A stretch of DNA of 62,132 bases, the filler included. It is 8 parts of 8 records of this genome, joined end to end, with 100 filler letters (N's around TTAATTAATTAA, not from the genome) between each part and the next. Parts side by side here need not be neighbours in the genome. Positions count along the whole stretch, not along the records: positions 51,615 to 62,132 come from SRR7504441_5632; 7 more parts are not named here. The stretch is one strand, 5' to 3'. The notes under the pieces are model-generated. The model saw only the letters and a list, made by a program, of their open reading frames with translations, was not told the origin of the DNA and did not search any database. A program made the translations under genes and the position numbers. Shown piece by piece: positions 54,601 through 62,132 of the stretch. How positions within the stretch are numbered: the stretch's first letter is position 1; every line of letters starts with the position of its first letter.

Positions 54601-57600
54601 CCATAAAGTCTGCAAACTCCGAAGCCTTGTCCGTTATGCTCGCTGCATGCTCCTTGGCTTTCTCAATCTGATTCTTAGCAGCTGTTCTAGTCCGCTTCAG
54701 CTCCTTGTTTTGGTGTTTTTCAGCATCTTCGGTTTCTTCATGCGCATTCCTTTTTGCGTTTGCCACCAGTATTGATGCTGCACTCTCTGCGTCTGTAACC
54801 ACTTTATTTGCCGTCTGTTGGGCCTCATCCTCCCTCTTGATGATGCTGGCTCGCATTGTTTTCATCTCATGCGCATATTGCCTATGCAAAGCACCATTTC
54901 TGTCTCTGTCATCCATATACTGGGCTTCATCTGCCTTGGCTTCCTTCCTTGTTTCTGCATAGCTAGTCGCCTGTTGTGACTTGGCAGCACCGACAGTGGT
55001 CTTGGCCGTTTCCTTGGCCCAAATGCTGAAGTTCGAGGTAATGCCAGCCTTCATTGCTGCACCAGCTGTTTTGAGTCTCCCGAACAAGTGCTGTGCTTTG
55101 CTTCGGAGCTTTAGTTCAGCATCAAATGCAGCATTGCTAGCCTCCAGAGCGTCAGCTGCCCTTTTCTCTGCAGCCTGCTTAGCAGTGATTGCCAGGGCCA
55201 GCGCAGCTGCTGTGTCATCAGCCCGATCCTGCGCTTCTGTTGCAGCTTGGCTAGCTGTCTCCACCTGTGGGTTGAGTGCTGCAAGCCGCTGCTTAGCAAT
55301 TTTGGTCCGAGTTTTTGCATTCCGCCACAGTTCAGCTGCTGTCCTTGCGCCACTTCTTGCCTGCCTGAGCTCACCCCGTAGATCTGCCGCTTTGCTGACA
55401 GCTTGGAGTTTGGAATGTGCGGTCTTGGTTGCTTGTTCAATGTCTGCCTCCACAGCCTTTGCCTGCAGCTGTGCTGTTTCCTGCACAGCTTGCAAGTGCT
55501 CTTTTTGCCTGTCTACTATTGCATTTGACCGGCCCACTCTCTCTTGCAACCCATCCACGCGATGCTTCCACAGAGCAGCATGCTCAGCTGCAGTAGTTTG
55601 GGTCTGACCGGCTGTCTTGCTCTGCAGCTCAGCCAGACTGGCCTGCAGCCTGGCCAGGCGCAGCGCCTGCTGCGCTCCTTGAATCGACTGTTGATATCCA
55701 GCCAACCTAACTTTCTGCCTGTCGCTTTCCCTAGCTAGTTCAATGGCTTGCGCCTCCTGCTGCTTAAGCCTTGCTAGGGCTTGTTTATTGTCGTCCCAGG
55801 CGACATCTACGCGGCTGCTAGTATTCTGGCTCGCTGCAGTTGCTTTGCCAGCCACTGTCTCCCTTGAAGCAACCCTCTGCTTCCACCTACCACACGACAA
55901 CTCAGACCCAGCTTAGGTGTAAGTTAGTCACTTATCCAGCTTTTGTCGCAGTGGACCAATGGCCTGTTGGCTGTGCTTCAACATGCGTTCCTCCATCTCT
56001 GCTGTTGCGTTTGCGCGATCCACATGAGCCTGTACCAACACCTCCTGCGCCCTTGCCCTACTCTGGGTGCTTTGGGCCTCGATCTGACCCTCTCGGGTAT
56101 TTTGTGCAGATACAACCGACCTTTCGACTCGCTTGCGCTCGTCTTCGAGGCCAACTCGTGCCTGTCCCGACACAGTAAAGCACTAGGCAATTCACTACAG
56201 GTGTATAGGCACCTGCTTTCTCTTCTGAGCTGCACTGCCCTCAGCTTGCTCGGCCACCTTGAGCAGGTGCTTACTTTGCTTTTCGGCTGTCACAGCGGCT
56301 AAGATTACTTTCTGCTTCTGTGCTGTGCTTTCTTCGGCGCTATCCAGCTGCTTATTCTGTCTATCCAAGTCAGCAACCGCAGCCTTCTCTGCAGTCTCTG
56401 CATGTACCAGCTGCTGCTCTGCAAACTCCTTGAGATGATTGGCCTGGACTGAACGACTCTGGAAGTCACGCACTCGACGACCCTTGCCTGGAAGCTTGGC
56501 TGTGAGCCGCTGTGACAACAGATCAAGGCGTGTAGCCTGTCGTGCGGAGGCAGACGCCTGCTTGGCGGCGGCTGCTGCCTTTACTGCTACCTTGCGTTCC
56601 CTTTTATGCGCATCTGCAGCGGCAGCATCTGACTGGCGCTTCACAGAGTTTTGTTGGTGCTCAGCTTCTCTTAGTGCTTTTTGTGCTGCTTGTTGCTCTG
56701 TGTACCGCTGGTTTTCTCTCTTAGTAGCTTCGCCAAGCCTAACCTCGCTCAGCTCCTTCTTACGCTCTGCCTTCCATAATTCGACTTGCTTGGTCAATGC
56801 AGCTGACCGGGCTTGTTGCCATTTGTCTTGCGCTGTGCCCAGCTTATCTTCAACAGACTTGAGCGATGCCTTCAACTTTTTCACGACAGCATGGCTGCCC
56901 TGGGCTGCCTTTTGCTTGGCCTCCAGCATTTCAGAATGCTCGAGCTGATGTTGCTTCCGTGCAAGGTCCACAGCATTCACAGCTTTGGTTACTGACCTCG
57001 TTAGCTTCTTTGTTGTGGTGTTGGCTTTATCAGACTCTTGCGCCATGACCTCATTGGCATCTATGACCGCCTTCTTTGTTGCGGCTTCGGCGCTGGCACT
57101 TGTCTTGGCCTTGACAGCAGCTGTCTCAGCAACCGCCTCTGCCTTCTGCACCTGTGCATTGGCTTTGTCTTGGTCGCTCTTGGCCTTGTCTTGGGCCATG
57201 AGTGCAGCTTGCTTTGCTTGCTCTACCTGACGCACTGACTCCTCCGCCCGAGCCAAGCTTGCTTTTGTCTGGTTCAGTTGGGCTTTGAGTTCATGCGCTT
57301 TTGACCTGTGTTGCTTAAGCAGCGCCACTGCCTCTGATACAACATCCACACTCTGATCACGGGCTGCCTTTGCTCGCGCATAATCTGCCTTAACACGGCC
57401 AAACTCCAAGCTCACTGCATCAGCCTCAGCCTTGTGCTTGGCCTGATTCTCGAGGGCCAGCTCCACCTTGCTTTCTGCGCTCTGCTGTGCTGGAATGGCA
57501 TCCCGCTCCAAATGTTCAACTGCCTGCTTACTCGCCATCCTCGCCTTGGTCACAACCGCAGCCGCCTTGGCTTCGCGCCGCTTTGCTTCACCTATGCGCG

Positions 57601-60600
57601 TCTCTGACTGATCGAGTGTTCTGATTGTTTTTGCAAGCGCCCTCTTAGTATGATGAAGATCAGCCGCTTCTTTTTCAGTAGTGACTGTGCGCTCTGCAAC
57701 CACAGCTGAAGCGTGATCATACGCGTCCTTTGAAATCTTGGCCGCAGCGCTCGCTAGCTGCCAGGCGCTGTGTGCCGCTGTGGCCTCAGGATCATTACGG
57801 AGCAGCTTACCCACAACAATCACTTCACACAGGGAGAGCTGCTGGGCTGAACTGCCCACTGTGACAAATCGTCCCACCTTGCCCGAGCAGTCCACGGTCT
57901 GGGTACCTCCTTCATTGATTGAGACCTCCGGCCCACAGATCCGGCCAGTTTCAGGTTTATCATCCATCCCCATGCGTACTTGAATTGCCTCTGCCAGACC
58001 TGGTGCATCACCGCGCGCTATCAACTCTACAGAATTGACTCTGGCGAGATCTTCCAGGTGCACTTGCCACCAGGGTCGCTGTTCGACCTCAGTAGCAAAG
58101 CATGAGCCCAAAGAGAGCACATTTTGTGCACTTCCATCCACGCCTCGGGTGGCCACGGCGTTACCCAGGGTAGAAGACTGCCGAGCAGGTCTCCCAAGTG
58201 CTAGAGTCTGCTGCATACTGCCTTGTCGGATGTAGGCGCCATTCACTCGAACTTCACACAGTTTGAGCTGCACCTCCTGGGAGCTGCCACTGTTTACAGA
58301 CACGTACCGGCCTTGCCGCGCTGGGCTGCAAGTTACTTCTGACAGCTTGCCAGGCATCAACTCCAGCTGTTGATCTGCACAGCGCGGATTACGGAGACCG
58401 CCTTTGGAGCCAAAGGGACCCACGTGCACAGCAATACTGATCGTCTTCAAGGGGTTGTCGCCACCTGGCACTATTTCGACCGCCTGAATTATTGCAGGCT
58501 TGCCCAAGTCTACCATCCACCAGGCTGCAACGACTGGCGGGGACGCAAAACAGGTTGACAGGTCCCCATCATTGGCTAGTGGAGCGTGGCCACTGAGAGC
58601 AGTGCTCTGTCGTGCAAGGCCGATATTCTGTATGGCAGTGCTTGGGGACTGCTGACCATAGACTTGTACCTGAAGCACACACCATTCAATCATGAGTGCT
58701 AAAGGAACATGGCATGGCGCTACCTCGCAGAGTCGGAGTGTAGCTTCAGGGGCCTCGCTGGCGACTGTGACATAACGCCCGTCAATCGCAGGTACGCACA
58801 TGGCCACTGCAGATCCACCGGCATCTATGAGCAGCCCAGGCCCACACAGTTGACCCTTGCCCTCACTACTGCTTCCCACATACACTTTGAGTGCCTCGGT
58901 GGAGCCGGCAGCCTGGCCACTGCTGCTCACCTCCACAGAAGACACTCTCACACTGCTCTGCAAGTCAACACGGAGCCATGGAGCTGGCTGCTGACGACTG
59001 GCAGCGCATGTAGTCCTTTTGCCATCAACTGCAAGGCTGCCTGCGTGGTCACCAGTAGTGCTGGATAGCTGGACAGGTCGACTGCGAGAGACCGATTCCA
59101 CCCTCGAGGATGAGGGTCCTGGGATACCGTTCACCTTGACTTCACAAAATCCAAGCTGCTGAGCACTCCCTCGGCGCACTAGTGTTACAAACCGGCCTTG
59201 CACTGGTGGATCACACACCACAGTGCCAAGTCCTCCCTGTGGTATGTCGATTGCAGTGTTACACAATTGATTTTGTATTCCACCAGCTTCAGGAGAGCTG
59301 CCCACTCGAACCTCTACTGAAGCACCCTGCTCAGAACAGCAATCAGCACGTCCGGTGATCTGCACTTGAATCACAGTGGCATCACTCAGCAGGTCCACAC
59401 GCCACCACGGGTCGTCTTCTTCTTGTGTCACTGTGCATGAGCCCTGGCTGTAGTCTGTGTCCAAACTGCCATCAACAGCCGCAGCAGGATCGCTGCCATG
59501 ATCCATTGAACTCTGGGTGGCTGGCTTGTGCGCACCCAGATTTGCAAGAGTTGGCTTGAGACCAGTCTTCTTGATATAGACAGTTGAGACCATCCCTGGT
59601 GGTGCCTTGCCATATGGACAGTTGTCAGCATTGGCCAGTGAATTAGCCAGTGGATCCCAGTCACTTCCGAGAGTCTCTGTGTTGCACCCCTCTGGAGTGA
59701 GCAGTCCAAGCCTGCATTCCGCCTCATGTTCCGCATAGGAGAATCCTTTGCAGAGCTTGTCGCCTAAGCAGGCTGCTTCACACTTCCTCCGGCTGATCCC
59801 ACGCTGTTTCCAGTGGCCCTTGCCCCAGTGGTACATCAGGCTCCCATCCTGTGGCAGAAAAAGAATCTGCGAGGATGCCTTGACTGTACCAGCCTTGCCA
59901 GGGTAGTACTTGATGTACAATTCAGCGCTGGTGCCATCCTTAACCTCACCATATGGACACTGGTGCGGCACAGCCAGCGGATTATCTGCTGCCCATGCTG
60001 GCCCCAGAGCTGCACCATTGCATTGAGCCTGCGTAATCAAGCCTAGCTGACACTCATCTTGTCCGCTGAGGCTGTACCCATGGCAGTTGGCATCCTTCTC
60101 ACACATCGCTTGGCAAACTGGCTGGGTGGCCGTCACCTGGAATCCCTTTGGACCCCAGTTGTACTTTTTCTGTCCTGGGATTTTCTCAAATAGTGCTCCC
60201 TTTGACGCATCTTGTGGCTTGGGATTTGCCAGGACTGTAAAATCGTCTGGACGGCGCTCTGGAAGCGATGCTTGAAAGCTTTGGAACACCTCAGCTGCCG
60301 ACAGTGTTCTGTCGTACACTCGAAGGCTGAAAATGTCCCCACGCCAACCTGCAACTCCCCGGCCCTTGCCAACAAGCATGCGGCTGGCACCAGGCAGCAA
60401 TGCTGGGCCCGTTGGCTCACCCCATGTCTCACTAAGCTGAGCTGCTCCATTTATGTAGATAGTAGTACCCTTGTTGTAGTGCTTTCGCCAGTTCTCGACT
60501 GCTACACACACGTGATAGACAGCACCTGCGGTGAGCATATCCTTTGCCTGCCGGCCGAAACCTCGGCAGTCCCCAGTTGCCACCTTGCCACTTCTCAGGA

Positions 60601-62132
60601 ACACCTCAAGGCACTCTCCTTGTGTGCGAGCTCCCTGGCTAAGCAGGACACTAGATTCGGCAATTACTGTCTGTCGAAGCACTGCACACACTGTCATTTC
60701 ACCGCTGCTGGCCACTGCTTTAGATGGCGCACTTCCTTCAAATGCCTGCTTGCCTGTGAAGTGATAATGTGGTTCTCTGCCTTCCACAAAAGTCGGCCTT
60801 AACCCAGCTGTGCCAGTGAGATTATTCCTGTTCGGACTCAGATCTTGCCAGCTTGTTGAAGCCCCACTATAGCTTGTCCTCGCTTCCACACCCAATACAA
60901 GCCCTTCAGCTACAGGCCCAGGCTTGCCTCGAGCTTGCAGTGGCAGGCGGGGTCGAAGGTTGAGCGAGGCAGCGTAGTTGTTTGCAACCTCCGTCTCAGA
61001 CAGAGCCCTGCTGTAGACTTGGATTGCTGATATTGTGCCAGACCATCCAGTGTCTTGCCTGTCAGTTGCCCACATGCCCACTCTGAATGGTGCAGCTGGC
61101 ACTGGACCAGTGGGCGCTTCGCTCCATTGAGCTGTGCTGCGGAGCTCACCATTCACATAGAGCTTGGTGGTAGTCTGATGTGACTCCCACTTTTCGATCA
61201 CATCACACACATGCATCTCTGTGTGGAGCTGATGAGCCCGGGACTCACGTCGACCTGCAGGGGACCACTGATCTGTAGCGAACCGTCTGTTGTTAGAGAT
61301 AAAACCCATGCACTTGCCAGCCTCACCCGCATTCTGGCTTATGATTGTCGCGTACGGGGCAGGTGCTGACTCAGATACTCTGGCACAGATGGTAGTAGCA
61401 AACTGGTTACCACTCAGGGGGGAGGCCCATGTAGAGGTAAAGTACTGGCGTGACCCAAAAACAAAGCGAGGCCCAAGCTTTTGGGAGGTTTCAAACCTCG
61501 GCTTGTGCTCTGTGGACGCAATCATGTGGTTCTGTGAAGGACTCAAGTCAAACCATGTATTGCCGTGCCCAGGATAGCTAGCAGCTTCCCTTGTATCAAG
61601 GTCCAAAATTAGCCCATCGCTTTCGAGCTGCCCATTGGTGCTTGGGAGCGCGCTTCCGGAATGCATCTGAATAATCCTTGCAGTGGTGCTATTATCATAC
61701 GAGTTCAGAACTGCGGGCTGCCCCTCACACGCCTTGTGTGACCATGGCCCCAGGGTCGAGTCCAGCTCATCAGGGCATTGCGCTGCTCGGCTTATCAAGC
61801 AGAAAGGTGGCTCGCCATCCTGGTCAACGGTGCACTGCCCTCCTGGCCCCCATCCCTTGCAGCGACACCCACTGAGAGATTCTGCCTCAGGGCGATCAAA
61901 CTCAAAGCTACCATATCGAGCCTCGAGCTTAGTCTCCTTGGCTTTTACTCGATTGAGCTCTTTGAGCGCTTTGATGATCATGGTCGTGTCCCCAGTGATC
62001 TTGGCAGCCAGCAGATGCTCTTGTGCTGTTTGCTCAGACTGCGATACTTCCAGCACCTTGGATGTAATCTGAACTTCTGACTCCTGAGTGGGCAGCAGCA
62101 CGCTTTCTGCAGCCGCTTCTGCCTGGCGCTCC
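51615..62132 (-). CDS. Giant multidomain protein (>3,400 aa, open at both ends): Cys-rich module, 2 LamG/ConA-like, 2 PAN/apple-like and 4 F5/8-type-C (F-type lectin) domains, then about 2,000 aa of coiled coil
   Basis: Four ORFs are joined by GT-AG introns 56212-56162, 55931-55887 and 54248-54202, plus in-frame introns 58723-58670, 54364-54323 and 53795-53754. Motifs SYPGHGNTWFDLS...IQVYSRALS; CQAMCEKDANCHGYS; KPATQSS...AVDG...PWWRVDL...GFCEVKV. Confidence 0.88.

Noticed and set aside
1-62132. Treating the window as one gene cluster or operon-like system
   Set aside because: It is eight contigs joined by linkers, so order and adjacency across linkers are not evidence of linkage.

Overview
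This window is eukaryotic, from a gene-dense, GC-rich protist-type genome. It is not one locus. Eight contigs are joined by seven identical 100-nt synthetic linkers (44 N + TTAATTAATTAA + 44 N), so adjacency across linkers carries no information. Genes are split by many miniature spliceosomal introns, mostly 35-55 nt, which I placed by hand from frame logic. A striking share of them use GC-AG instead of GT-AG. Recognisable genes are an acyl-protein thioesterase-type carboxylesterase, a TPR protein, an acidic CaaX protein, an Sfi1-like W-repeat/PDZ protein, a P-loop kinase, DNase II, a divergent Hsp70 with a degenerate ATPase domain, a SET2/ASH1-type SET-PHD protein, a HEAT-repeat protein and a VPS13 with unusual accessory domains. 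The most notable items are: (1) two giant (>3,400 aa, both truncated) coiled-coil proteins that look extracellular, one with a lectin head (2 phage-style LamG, 2 PAN-like, 4 F-type lectin domains); (2) a WW-RCC1-IQ protein with a 6-bladed Kelch propeller inserted inside blade 5 of a 7-bladed RCC1 propeller; (3) frequent GC-AG mini-introns; (4) recurrent 11-bp tandem duplications in palindrome-rich intergenic DNA. I saw no rRNA, tRNA, CRISPR array or transposase. All domain calls are from motif recognition by eye, with no database search.
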